Part shown: piece by piece, positions 51,831 through 64,000 of the stretch
How the letters are laid out: every line of letters starts with the position of its first letter
How positions within the stretch are numbered: position 1 is the first letter of the stretch
Source: Camelus dromedarius
Taxonomy: Eukaryota
NCBI RefSeq assembly: GCF_036321535.1
Contig: NC_087437.1
Coordinates: 38,132,001 to 38,196,000, forward strand
Reading direction: 5' to 3'
Length of the DNA: 64,000 nucleotides
Made by a program: the position numbers and the translations under genes
Notes under the pieces: generated by a model
Databases searched by the model: none
The model's input: the letters and a program-made list of their open reading frames with translations, nothing else
Told to the model about the DNA's origin: nothing

Positions 51831-51892
51831 ATCTATCTATCTATCATCTATCTATCTGCTTTTGGTTCTGTTTCTCTGAGAACCCTAATACA
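51400..51892 (+). mobile_element. MLT2-type (ERVL) LTR with internal (TCTA)n at about 51776-51857
   Basis: CCAGATAGCTGGTAAGACATTATTGCTGGGTGTGTCTGTGAGGG ... GTGAGCCAATTCCT ... TTGGTTCTGTTTCTCTGAGAACCCTAATACA. Confidence 0.9.
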
Positions 51893-52163
51893 TTTCATTA
51901 TTAAGTATTTCACAGGAAACTGTTAGAATGAACACAATAGAACATATTATTTTTCCTTCTCCCACCAGATCATTTGAATTTATATTTTTACCCAAATATT
52001 TTTCATAGAGTACTGAATCATTAATGTTGAGTTTTTCTATCTGAATGTGATATCATTGGAACTTAGAGCAGAAAAGGAAGTATACTTACTGGAGAGTAAA
52101 TGAAACCCAAAACAAATGTATATTTTAGGAAACAGTATAGTTCATTAAATAAGCTCTTTTTAC

Positions 52164-52237
52164 CTTCAAATTAAATGTTGTCTTCTAGTCAAAACAAGGA
52201 GGAATTTCAGAAGGAAACCACAGAAAATCAGAGCACC
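52164..52237 (-). pseudogene. Candidate minus-strand decayed exon (GCSDFLWFPSEIPPCFD*KTTFNLK)
   Basis: CAG acceptor, AAG/GTAAAA donor (alternative GTAAGT donor after 52090); phase matches the 52489-52753 exon. Confidence 0.4.
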
Positions 52238-52488
52238 CTGCTTATAACATGGAATAGAAAATAATATAAACCTAGTTTTCAAACATGTCACTGTTTTTCT
52301 TTACTATAAAAACAAACTTTTCTTGGCTTCCTTTTTATTTGATGGTACCCGATTAAGCTATAAATTTATTACACACACTCTATGGTTACAACTTTAAATG
52401 TTTTCTTTAAACAGCAGTGAAAAAACTGGTGAATTATATTACTTCCATACTAGGGTAAATTTCCCTTCCCATATACATATATACTTAC

Positions 52489-52753
52489 CTATAAACGCAT
52501 CTGAATAATTACGTTCTTGCTTACAAGGTATTTTTTTAATAACAAATCAAGACTGTTCATATTCATTCATTGTGTGTGCCCAAGTGTTTATAAATTTAGT
52601 ATGCACAGGTTCACATTTAAACATTAATAGTTCATTTCTGTTCTTATAGCATAAATTGTCATTTTGAGAAATATATTGTCTGTCACTTTATTCTGCACAG
52701 TGGTCATTCTTTTGATAATAAAAAATATTAAATAATGTGATTCTTTTGTAGAA
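52489..52753 (-). pseudogene. Candidate minus-strand decayed exon (FYKRITLFNIFYYQKNDHCAE*...KKIPCKQERNYSDAFI)
   Basis: TAG acceptor, TAG/GTAAGT donor; only 2 stops in 88 codons of very AT-rich sequence. Confidence 0.4.
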
Positions 52754-53684
52754 CTAGATAATCCATTAAAAGTAAAAAATAAACATCTGAGTGATAAGAA
52801 TAACAGATGATTACCCTTTCTTATTTTCTGTTATCTATTATTTACTAAAGTAGAATTAAGTAATATCTTTTCTCATAATTTTTCTGAAACACTTGATTTT
52901 AGAAATGTAGACTTTGTTTATTTTGCAAAACTTTGCTTTACTAATTTTTATCATAAATTTTTTTAAATCAGGGTTTTTTATAATGCATTCTTAATTTTCT
53001 CTTAGAGAAATGTTAGTCCTTAATGAAATTTAAAAGCTAATTACTAAAAAAAACCATGCAAAATGAAAGTATTAAGTTATAGAATAGAAACTACAAAATT
53101 CAGGGCGTGAAACTAATATTGAATTAATGTAATGGTGTTAGAAAACTCAAAAACTTTTAATTTTAATACAAAGTTTCTTTTAAAAAAAAACAGTAAAGTT
53201 TGTGTAGCTGCCTTTGTAGTAGAATAATTATTTTAAAATTCAGGCCAAAAAATGATTGGCAGGGAAAAAATACATGGAGTAATAAATAATTTAGCTTATA
53301 AAGTCTTCCTTTCTACTATAATGATACATTTTCATTTTCAAAAATGAGCCATAAAACTTTATAACAGGAAAAATTCAACAACTCTTCTTTCTAATAAAAC
53401 AGATTTTTAAAATATCATGAACCCAATAAAGAGCTCTAAGAATTATTTCGAAAAAAAATCTTCATATTAACATTTGTTCAGATTAAAAACAAAAAGTATA
53501 GTATTTCTGAGTACCATATGCTAAGCTCAATACTTTGTTAGACATTATGAATATAATATTGAACAACAATAATATACAATTCAAAATATACACTGAAACC
53601 TTTTGTGAATCTTCTAAAAATGTCATTATATCTGAGCAAGTGTTCCAAAATATTTTATTTTTTCTTTTGAATTCATATACTTAC

Positions 53685-53775
53685 CTTTAAATGGTGATTT
53701 CTTCTCTTTCCATTTTTTACATAATTCAAATTGTTACATTAAATCAAATGGAGATGTCAAAGTGACAGGACTTTA
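53685..53775 (-). pseudogene. Candidate minus-strand exon (SPVTLTSPFDLM*QFELCKKWKEKKSPFK)
   Basis: TTTTTTTTATCAG acceptor and AAG/GTAAGT donor; phase link to the next exon is imperfect. Confidence 0.3.
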
Positions 53776-54189
53776 CTGATAAAAAAAATTGATAATTTTG
53801 TCTCTTGAAACTATTAGAAATTACTCCCAGAAAGATCATGTTATCAATGTCCATGATTTTTTAAGCTAATATAGAAGATTCAAATATGTACCTCTGCAGT
53901 TTATAATTTGAATTAGCTTGTATTTTGTTAGCAGTGTTTATAAATATTTTACCACTTGAAGTAGTTCATTGCTATTTATTTTATTTACTGGCTTTTGAAT
54001 TAGTTCATTGCCTGCTTTACTTCACAGAAAAATAATATGACTTAGAAATATATTTAACATTAATAATATAATTACATTTTACTTGTTTTAATACCATGAC
54101 AGAAATATTCTAACAGATTCAGGTCTTCTTTATTCACTCTCTTTATATTTTTTCCTGTGTATAGGACATTTCTTTGTAAAAACAAAATC

Positions 54190-55500
54190 TTGGGGGACTT
54201 TCCAAGAAAGTTGGAGAAATATCAAAGTTAGAGAAATGGTAGGTCAATTCTTCCACCAAAAGCAACTACAGAAGTTGTATCAAAAGTAAAAATCATCAGT
54301 TTGAAGACCTCAGGGTACTGCTGAAAGAAGACAGTCCAAGAGTTTAGAAAGCAGAGATGGGCACGGACAATGGGAAGCCACTTTCCCCTGGGGTGTTTGC
54401 TGATTCCTAGGACAGGCAAGAGTTCAAGAACACTTGCTCTGTCTAGGTCAGGGACCCCTGCTGATAGACAGAAGCCAGGTGCTGCTGCCCTCTTCTCTTT
54501 CTCCTTCTCCTTCTGGTTATTTTTATATATATTATCTGGCTATAAAATGTATTGAGCCAAATAAGAAATTTAGTACTTTAGAGGCCATAAGAATACTTTC
54601 CCTCAAAAATTTTTGTTTTGGTTTGTTTTCTGAATTATGAACTTGTATGGAGTGGAAGCTGAAAAAAATGAATCAGAAAGACCATGATAAGGAGAGAGAT
54701 TTCTGGGAGGCTTCAGTGCTGAGATAAGGAACAGGATTCAGAACTCCCAGGGACAGAACTCCATAAGTACGTCATGCTCCATAAAAGCCCTGGAGGTCTG
54801 GACCCGAGGATGGGGAGAGGTGACTAGTGCTCAGTCACAACTGAGACACAGTCTGGATTTAGTTTTATTTCTGATTAAATTAGGATGATCAGATAATCAG
54901 TCTCCATTTTATATGACCATCTTAAGAAATTATAAACTCTCTTTGAGATAGAATAATAACATCTGTAGCCTCAAAAAAATTTTAAATGCACAATTCCCAA
55001 CACTTAGTTAAAAATGAATTGGCAAGCCCCGAGATAGGACTGTGTGACCAAAAATAAATAAATAAAAAACCCAAGACAAAAAAAAAAAAAAAAAAAAAAG
55101 ACAAAAAAGGACCACAGACAATCTAGATATAGGGGTCCACTGATAAATAATTAGAAATGATTTATTTAGGAAAAAAAGATGAGACATTCCATCAGAGTAT
55201 TGGAATCTGTAAAAAGAATCAAACAGAAATTCTAGAAATGAAAGATAATAACTGAAATCAACAATTCAATAGATGGGTTGACCAACAGAGGACAAGATTA
55301 ATAAGTGAAAAGCTAGGTCAATAGAAACATCTAAACTGAAGTGCACAGATAAAAACAAATAAGAAATGGAGAATAAAGCAGAAAAACCATGAGAGATACA
55401 GGTAATAAGTTTAAATAATATAATTGGATTTCTAGAAGGAGAAGAGAGTGAGACAGAATATTTGAAGTTATAGTGAACATTTTTAAAGCCCATGAAAATT
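54190..55500 (+). mobile_element. Ancient L1 5'/ORF1 remnant
   Basis: AAAAAGAATCAAACAGAAATTCTAGAAATGAAAGATAATAACTGAAAT ... CAATAGATGGGTT ORF1-like text. Confidence 0.65.
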
Positions 55501-55519
55501 CACAATCCATGTATATAAG

Positions 55520-55900
55520 CAGTAAGCCAGAAAGAGAAAGAAGAATATCATATATCACTTACATATGGAATCTAAAAAAAGTGACACAAATGAACTTATT
55601 TATAAAACAGAAACAGGCTCACAGACATAGAAAACAAACATATGGTTACCAGTCAGGAAAGGGGGTGGGAGGGGATAAATTAGGAGTTCAAGATTTGCAT
55701 ATACTAACTACTATATATAAAATAGATAAATAGTAAGTTTCTACTGTGTAGCACAGGGAACTATATTCAATATCTTGTAGTAACCTATAGTGAAAAAGAA
55801 TATGATGAAGAGTGTCTGTACGTATATGTATGACGGAAACATGCTGTACACCAGAAACTGACACAACACCGTAAACTGACCATTCTTCAATTAAAAAAAG
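55520..55900 (+). mobile_element. Lineage-specific L1 3' end
   Basis: ACAAATGAACTTATTTATAAAACAGAAACAGGCTCACAGACATAG ... TAGCACAGGGAACTATATTCAATATCTTG ... TTCAATTAAAAAAA. Confidence 0.92.
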
Positions 55901-57529
55901 AGTATAGAGAAAGAGAGAGGAATCTAATTTTTGTTGCCCTTTTAGTACAACATTTCCATAGAGATCTGATGTAGTTCCCAAAGTTTGAAAAGAACTCCTG
56001 ACAGAACTTCCTGATCATGGATCATTGATTTGGACAAAAGATAAATTAGAAGTGGAAAAAAATCACTCAAACACTGACTTGTGGGGTTGAAACTTGACTT
56101 AAAAAGGAATTGAAAAGAAAATCTCTAGTGTAATAGAAAGGTAAAAAAAAAACAAAAACAAAAACAAAAAAACCCACACAATACAGAGTATCTTACTACC
56201 TACCATCATGACTTAAGTGAAATCCCTAACTCTATAGCAGGGAATCAAGCGAGTATAACCAGAGAGAAATGATCAGTTTACCTAAATCTGAATGCCAAGC
56301 GCTATGTGCACTTACTGAATAAACTTCAGATGTAGCACCAATCTCATAGAAGAATAAGCAGAGTTTGATCTAAGGTGTCATAATTCATGAATCTATGAAA
56401 ATTTCATGAGCACTAGAAGTCAATAATCAATGAAATATTTTCTCTTTTGAAGCTGAGGTCACAGATCATTAAGGAGCTATTTAGGTATAAACCTTGCAAT
56501 TACAAACATCAAAGTTGATATGTGGCTAGAGTCCCTGGCTTGGTAGTTGATTGTTAATCAGAATTCAGTTGTACTGCTACTAAACTACATATCTTTGTGG
56601 AAAAATTTCAATTTCGTTTCACAAACACTGGATGGTGACTTGAATTCTACGCGAAATAAAAGTTAAATATTCAATGACATCTGAAGAAGAGGAAAATATT
56701 TAAGAAAGTCACTCTATTTCATTATAACTTGATTTATTAAACCAAAGAAAACACCCATTAAGTTGCGTTTACTTCTGTTACATCAGTCACTTTACTTAAG
56801 AGTTAGTGTCATAGAGATCCAAAAATAAAATGCCTTTGTACGTATAGATTTTAGTTTTAGTGCCTATATCACGTAATATTTTTGCAATAAAAGACAGACT
56901 CATTTCTGTATCCATTTAATTATTGATTGGGCAATTGATCTGTCTTTTCATAGTTTAATAGTAAAAATGTAAAAGTTTGAACACAAATCTAAGGGTTCTT
57001 TGTTTTGAAATTATGCCTGTGTATTAATGAAGTAACCTTATGTTTCTATAATTTCTTCAAGTAAATTATGCTTCAAATATTAACTTGACTTTTTTTACTT
57101 TATTATGTACCTTCTGGTCAGATCTTGGTAATCTATTCATAGTCTATACCAAAAAATTCCCCTCTAAGAAGGAATATCAATAATAGCCAAGTGTTAAGAG
57201 TTCAAGATTGTGTTTGAATCTGTGATATTCCAAGATGTAATATAGTCCTACAGCTTATATTTTCAACCTCGTACACTCTTTCTTCCAGTGATAACTCAAT
57301 ATCGTCACAGTATCATCATCTCCCCTTCATTGTAACAGAACTGGAATCGTTGCCTTGGAAGCAAAACAACTCTTTTAGGAAGAGATGCTATTCTCTTAAT
57401 AACAGGGTGATTCATATAAAATTGGCACTTCGTGGATCAAAAATTATTGAACATGATAATTTTTTATGGTTCAAATCAATGATATACATGAGATTTATCA
57501 GTTAAACTGTATCAGTTGAGTAGAATTTT

Positions 57530-57880
57530 TTCCAATTTTTTTGAGGTACAATCAACAAGTAAAATTGTAAGATATTTAAAATGTACGACATGATAATTTG
57601 ATATACATATACATAAGGAAAGGATTTCCCCATTAAGTTAATTAACACAACCATCATCTCCTATATTTGCCCTTTTTTGGGGAGGGGGTGCTGAAAACAT
57701 TTCAATTCTATTTGTTTAACAAATTTATAGTCACCTTGTTATACATTAGATCCTCAGACTTTACTCATGTTGTAACAAAGTTTGTAGCCTTTTACCAACC
57801 ACTCCCTATTTCCCCCAGCCTCCCAGCCCATTGCAGTCATCATTCTACTCTTTGTTTCTATAAATTCATCAGCTTAACTG
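57530..57880 (-). mobile_element. L1 3' end fragment
   Basis: TTTTTTGAGGTACAATCAAC ... TATAGTCACCTTGTTATACATTAGATCCTCAGA. Confidence 0.8.
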
Positions 57881-58349
57881 GTTTTTAAAAACCTGCAGCA
57901 TGTCAATGATTATGCTAGATATTAAGAATACCATGGTAGAAAGAATCATCTGACAAGTAGAGAACATGGTCCTATAAACAAAGTTACAATGCTGAAAGGT
58001 TTTAAGTTTACTTTTGTTCTTATTATTTTTCTTAACCTGTGCATATCCAAATATAGCACAAAAGAGGGAGAGGATAATTTGCAGACCAGTAAGAGGAGCC
58101 TGCAGTGGAGCTTAGGGAAGAAGGAATCTAATGTGCCCACCTGGTCCAGCTCGGGGGAGATTCTTAATAGATCCCTCTGACAAATCTCCCTCTGACAATT
58201 ACTCCCACTCTTACGTAAGAGACTCTTGTTATTTTTTCTTTCTACTGACTCTTTATTGCAGACAGGTCTCCTTAAGAGTCTATTTTCCATCTTTTCTTAT
58301 TTTATCTCTCTCTTTCCCATCACAGCTCAAGCTGTTTTGGGACGTTCTA

Positions 58350-59970
58350 TTTTTTTAAATTTCAACATCTTCAAAATTTAATATTAAACATATACAGAAA
58401 TATATGAAACATATACAAAGTTATAAACATAATGTAAGACAAACAACTGAAAATGAACGATTGTAAATCCACACTGTAACTCACACACTAGACCACTACG
58501 GGTATGTTTTATCTGCCACGTGCTCCTTTCATGAGCTACATCCTTGCCTCCCCTGCAGGTACAACAATCTCTACCTAGAATTAATGTGCATCACAACTTT
58601 GCATTTTAAAAAATTAGTTGTACTTATACACAAGCCTAAATATTATACTGTTTAGTTTTTATTGTTTTGGAGATTGTTATACTTTGTGTAATCTTCTGGG
58701 ACTTAATTTTTAGTCAACATTTTATTGCTAAAATTAATCCACATTGTTGTGGGTGACTGTAGTTTGTGTTCACTGATGTATAACACAAATATATAATATG
58801 TTAACATAGCACAATTTATTTACTTGTTGACTTGATAAATAGTTGGCATATTTTCTATCTTTAATCTTCTTCTTTTCTTCCTTTTAACAAATAATGCAGA
58901 TCTGGGCATTCTTCTGCATGTCATTTGTTGGATACGTTCAAGAATTTTTCTCAGATGCACACCTAGGAACAAAACTAACGCATCATATTTGAAGCTTCAA
59001 CTTTATCATATGATTTTACCTTGTGATACAAAGCAGTTACAACAATTTGGCTTCCTACCAACAATATATAAAATGACAAATGGACTTTGTCCTTAAAATC
59101 ATGAACCTTGGAGCTAGACTGTTTGTGATTACTTTTCCATTGAACTGAAATTCACAACTGAAGTACACTTAGAAAAGTGCACAAATTATAAGTGCACAGC
59201 TTCGTGAATTCTCATAAATTGAAGCAACCCTTGTAACCAGCACCTAGGTCAAGAACCCGCAAATTACCAGCATCTGTGGGTCTCTACCTGTGTTCTTTTC
59301 CAGTATTACTTTCCCATGCCGCCAATATTATAAAATTTACAAAGAGGCAAAACTAACTGATGGAATTACAAGTAGTGATAGCTGTTATTCTAGCTCTACC
59401 AGTAGTGTATGAGATTTGCAGTGGCTCTACACTCTTACCATGTCTTATTTATTTTATTTCTGCTTTTTTTGCTTTTGTTTTCATTTCTGCTATTCTGGAG
59501 GGGCATATTATGGCATTTCAATGCAGTTTTATTTTGCATTTTACTGATAACTGTGAAAGTGGAGCTTTTTGAAGATGCTGATAAACCATTTGGATTTCCT
59601 TTCTGTGAAAAACCTGTTCAAATCTTTGGTCAGTTTAAAAAAAAAATGATTCTTCAATATTTTCTTAACAATTTTATTTCTATCCTGGATTCAAGGACTT
59701 TGTTAATCTATTTATTTTAAATATTATGTCTGTGGCTTGTCTTTTTAGTCATTTAATGTTTCTTTTTGATGATGTCTTTTATAATATAGTTCAAATTATC
59801 AAATATTTCCTGTGATTATTGCTTTAAAGTCCTATTTTTAAAAATATTGGAATACTCCAAGTACATTAATTTGTTTTCTTATATTTTATTTTAAAGCGTT
59901 ATTGTTTTACTTTTTATATTTATAGCTGTAATCCATCAGGAATTCATTTTGTGTATGTTATGAAATAAGA
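58350..59970 (-). mobile_element. L1ME-type fragments
   Basis: GTAACCAGCACCTAGGTCAAGAA and TTTCCTTTCTGTGAAAAACCTGTTCAAATCTTTG motifs. Confidence 0.7.
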
Positions 59971-60099
59971 GACCAGGTTCCTTAGTTTGAATCCTCGGTC
60001 CAACAATTTTGCTGTGTAAACAGGCTGAGTTTCTCAACATATTTGTCCCAAAATTTCTTCATCTGTAAAGTTGGGATAAGAACACTTATTATGCCAGCC

Positions 60100-60420
60100 G
60101 CTGGGATTGCTGTCTCGGCTGTCAGCCTGGGTTAGGGGAGGGAGTCAGCTGAGGAGAGCTGCCTCGCTCAGTCCCCTTGCCTGGGATGTCTGGCATCCAG
60201 TGGCTGATCAATGCAGGGGGATAAAGTCCCAGGTCTCAGTCACCTCAACTCAGGCAATTCTCACAGTCATTCTATTTTCAGACAACCAACTAGTAGACTC
60301 AGGAGTCTCTTGAGATTATATTACGGCTTGATTCCTCCTTCTGTCTGACTTTCGTCTTGTCTCTTCCACAGGTGTTCACGGGAACACTCATTAATAAACA
60401 CTGCTAATTACCATCCAGTA
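60100..60420 (+). mobile_element. ERVL LTR fragment (LTR16-like)
   Basis: TGATCAATGCAGGGGGATAAAGTCCCAG ... CACAGGTGTT ... TTAATAAACAC. Confidence 0.6.
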
Positions 60421-60429
60421 CAATCAAAG

Positions 60430-61330
60430 GAAGACCAGGGAAGACTCCTTAAAAAAAACAGCCTCCACATTAAGACATGAATGATGAGCAGTTCTTAGCG
60501 AGTTTGTTTGTTGGGAAGAAGGAAATACATGCCAGGCAGTGGAAACAGCGCATGCAAAAACTCTAAAAGAGGAGAACTAGAAACTGAAAGACATTCAGTC
60601 TGGCCTGAGAATATTATGGGAGGAGGTAGTGTGTGCAGAAACAAGGCTGGACAGGTGAGCAGGAGTCAGCTCTGGCTGTGTCTTGTCAACTTTGCCAAGA
60701 GATTTGTATTTTTTATTAAGAGGATGAATATGGCCCAAAAGAAGTACAATAATTCATAAATACCAGTGTTGTGTATTTCCAAGATTGCTGTAGCTCTGGA
60801 GAAGTGAATAAGTTAGAGAAGAGGTATTAGCTGGAAAAGTATAGTATTAATCTACTTTATTAGTGACGATGACATAAACTAAGTGTTAAAGAATCCAGAA
60901 CCAAGTAGTTAGGTGCTAGCAATAGTGAGGATCCAAAATTGACAGTAATTTTAATTTAGTAAAATTAAATTATTTATTATGTAAATTCAGTAAATTATTT
61001 ATTATGGGGAGCGTGGGAGACAGAGGTCATGGTTAATGCTCTTGCAGGTGGCATTTTTTTCTTTCTTCTTGTGTGCTATTTGTCGAGTTAGGGAAACAAG
61101 AGGAAGTGGTCTGACATCAAGTAGAACATTTTTAATTGATTATTAGAAGTGCATTAGACTACCTTTTGGAAAATCCACATGGACTTTTTAAAAAAAATAT
61201 GTAAGATAGTAAAAAAAAAAAAAAAGGTTTACACAGTAGATGTAAATTTTGGTGTTATATATATTTTAGTGTTATAAGCACCTACTTATTAATTTAAATT
61301 AAGGAGTGAATGAACACAAAGTAGATAAAA
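60430..61330 (-). mobile_element. L2 remnant
   Basis: CCAGGCAGTGGAAACAGCGCATGCAAAAACTC ... GGCTGGACAGGTGAGCAGGAG. Confidence 0.65.
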
Positions 61331-61367
61331 AGATATTATCACTGGATAAAAAGGGATTTTCTGACTG

Positions 61368-61926
61368 GTACCTCAGACAATGGAATATTATTCAGTCTAA
61401 AAAGAAAGAAGCTATCATGCCATGAGAAGACATGAAGGAAATTTAAATGCAAACTACTAAGTGAAAGAAGCCAAACTGAAAAGGCTACATACTGTGTAAT
61501 TCCAACTATATGACATACTGGAAAAGGTAAAACTATAGAAATAGTAAAAAGATCAGTGGTTACCAGGCGTTAGGAGAGAGGGAGGGGGCAATAAATAGGC
61601 AGAGCACAGAGGATTTTTATGGCAGTAAAACGACTCTGTATGGCACTAGAATGATGGATACATGTCATTATGCATTTGTCCAAAGCCCTAGAATGCTCAA
61701 CACCAGGAGTGAACCCTAATGTAAACTATGGACGTTAGCTAGTAACGATGTGTCTATGTAGATTTCATCAGTTGTAACAAATGTACCACTGCTGTGAGGG
61801 ATATTGATATGAAGGAAAGTAGGCATGCGTCGGGGCAGGAGGTATATGGGAAATCTCTACACCTTCTGCTCAATATTTCTGTGAACCTAGAACTGCTCCA
61901 AAGAAACAACATCTACTTAAAAAAAA
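61368..61926 (+). mobile_element. L1MB/L1MC-type 3' end
   Basis: AAGTGAAAGAAGCCAAACTGAAAAGGCTACATACTG ... GTGAACCCTAATGTAAACTATGGA ... TGTGAACCTAGAACTGCTC. Confidence 0.9.
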
Positions 61927-62189
61927 ATTTTTATGTACTTTGAGTTTCAGTAAATATTGCTGCTTATATGGCATATATCAAGGGGACAATAATATAAATT
62001 GATTGCCAGGTATCTTTCTATTTTACATCCATTCAAAAAAGAAACAATCAAACAAACAAATATTATCTGTTAGATGGCAATTACAACTTTAACCACAATG
62101 AAGACATCCATGAGCAAATTTACCAAGAGTCTCTGCCATACAGCTCTTACGTTTTAGTTGTAAGAATCACACCCTAAAAATTTAACATA

Positions 62190-62283
62190 CTTCACTTAGT
62201 ATGAGAATCTTTAGGTCCATCCATGTTGCTGCAAATGGCAGAAACTAACACAACATTGTAAATCAACTATATTTTAATAAAAG
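62190..62283 (+). mobile_element. Tiny inverted/truncated L1 insertion
   Basis: Antisense L1 (TTCACTTAGTATG...CATGTTGCTGCAAATGGCA) fused to the sense L1 terminus (GAAACTAACACAACATTGTAAATCAACTAT...AATAAAA). Confidence 0.75.
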
Positions 62284-62490
62284 ATAATTAACATAATAGT
62301 CAGTAAACGATGCATTTTGTTAGTAGGCTAAGTCCTGAAAATAATAAATTGAACAGATCATGGTGAAGGGAATTGGGAGTGTAGGGGATGAAGTCTGCTT
62401 GAAATTTCAAAGAGGGTGGTACTATACCTCATAGAACAGACAACATCTGAGTAAAGCCTTCAAAAAAGTGCAGCTTTTATTTGTTCCAGT

Positions 62491-62494
62491 CAAA

Positions 62495-62536
<42 letters not shown>

Positions 62537-62538
62537 AA
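62491..62538 (+). repeat. (CAAAA)n A-rich simple repeat
   Basis: Direct reading. Confidence 0.9.
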
Positions 62539-64000
62539 TAACTAGTGCATGGCTGATATGTCTGAGAATTGGCAAAGAGGACAGAGTGAAGTAAAATGAA
62601 GGGAGAGATGCATGACATGCTTGGTCCTATAACTCATCTTTTTAAAAAAACAATACTTGCTGTTTTTATGTTATTACAATCGTTATTAATGCAGTATTAT
62701 TTTTCGTTTTCTACTCTAAGACAGGTTTTGTTCATTACCCTCTTCGCTCTGGTGAACTGAGATCGATTTATTCAATTTAAAAATTCTAGAATTATTAAGA
62801 GTCCATCTTACCATGGGTGTATTCTGCATTCCATCTTGTGGCATATATACTCATTTTTAAAAGTAAAAATTTGCTGAAACAAATTAGATGCAAATTTAAA
62901 GTGGTATGCTTGGTTGTAATTTCAAAAGCACACCTGTATGAATGACCCTCTAACTCCTCATCCTACTCACACTGAGAGACCACCTGGGTTGAGATTTGGA
63001 GATTTGCAAGCATCCTTGGGGCTTGTGGTGTGTGCTGTGAGTGAGTGGGCAGGGAGCAGTGATGGTGGTGGTATTTTCCAACCCCAAATGAACAAAAAGA
63101 GGCTCTAAGGAGACCACGTGGAGTGCATAACTTGTGTTTCTCTACACTTGAGGAGACACCTTGAGCTGCTGTCTGATTTACAAATATGAAAGGGCGAGGG
63201 ACTGATGAAGTGGTTTATTGGAGCAGAATAAAGGTGGATCTCTGGTAGTTTACGTCTCCACAGTTTGCCAGGGAAAGTACGTCAGTGTATCTCTTTGGGG
63301 GCCCATGAATCAGCTCAAGACTGGTGGCCAGAAAGTCGTTACTTTAGGTTTTGCCCAAGCAAGGGCAATAGAGCTCTGCAAAGAGAATCTGAAACGATTC
63401 CTGGGGGCTGAGACCTGAAGGAATATCCAGCGGGAATTTGTTGCACTGGAAACTGCAAGTGTGAGATCCCCAGAAGGAGACATTTTTCTCAAGACAACAC
63501 AACCAGTTAGTCATCTGCTAAATCTGAGATTGTGTGCATCACGGTGAGATTTCTTAAGTGAGATTTTTCCTGATCCTCTTCCTTTGCACCTTTTATCCCT
63601 GGGTCCAATCTCAACATTGTCAAATACCATGGTTACTTTTCTGGGGGAGAAGAAGCAGCGTTATGTAGGAGAAAGAAAGAGAGCAACTTGGTCATAACCC
63701 TACTTTCTTGAGAATGGTTTATATGAATGAGGAAAAAGTTTCAACTTTAGATCATATTGGGTTGTTTGATTTTTACCTGGTATTAGACATTTTAAGTTCT
63801 TGGATTAGAAATATATTTTATGATCTTAAGTGCTTGTACTACTTTTAATTACCTAAAAGTAATCATAAAATTTAAGGACACCTGTCCAACTTTCCATACC
63901 AGAGCAGGAAAAAAACAAACACACCCTTCAATACAAATCCAAAGAGACAGTGGGAGAAAATGAGTTACCATTGTAATCAATGCTTTGAGCGTTTTCAATG

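Overview
AT-rich, CpG-poor mammalian nuclear DNA, probably camelid. The host is inferred from a Vic-1-type tRNA-derived SINE at 49577-49690 and from artiodactyl-type L1 3' ends. Much of the window is decayed interspersed repeat: near-full-length Tigger1, MER47/Tigger5 and a Tigger6-like element, L1/L2/MIR fragments, MaLR/ERVL/ERV1 LTRs, an ERVL internal remnant and an ERV1 pol-env remnant. Almost all ORFs in the supplied track are repeat-derived or spurious. The main non-repeat signal, invisible to the ORF track, is a chain of up to 13 candidate spliced exons on the + strand (4360-43102). Their GT-AG sites are phase-compatible from 16392 to 42344. They encode a protein I cannot name, with kinesin-light-chain/NPHP3-like TPR motifs toward the N-terminus and an unrecognised C-terminal region. 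Several exons carry in-frame stops and several are fully open, which suggests a decaying (possibly unitary) pseudogene, perhaps with an intact 104-aa short isoform. A weaker set of convergent minus-strand exon candidates (42728-53775), including a 15-nt microexon, overlaps its 3' end. No database searches were possible; repeat family names come from recalled consensus sequences and most repeat boundaries are approximate.
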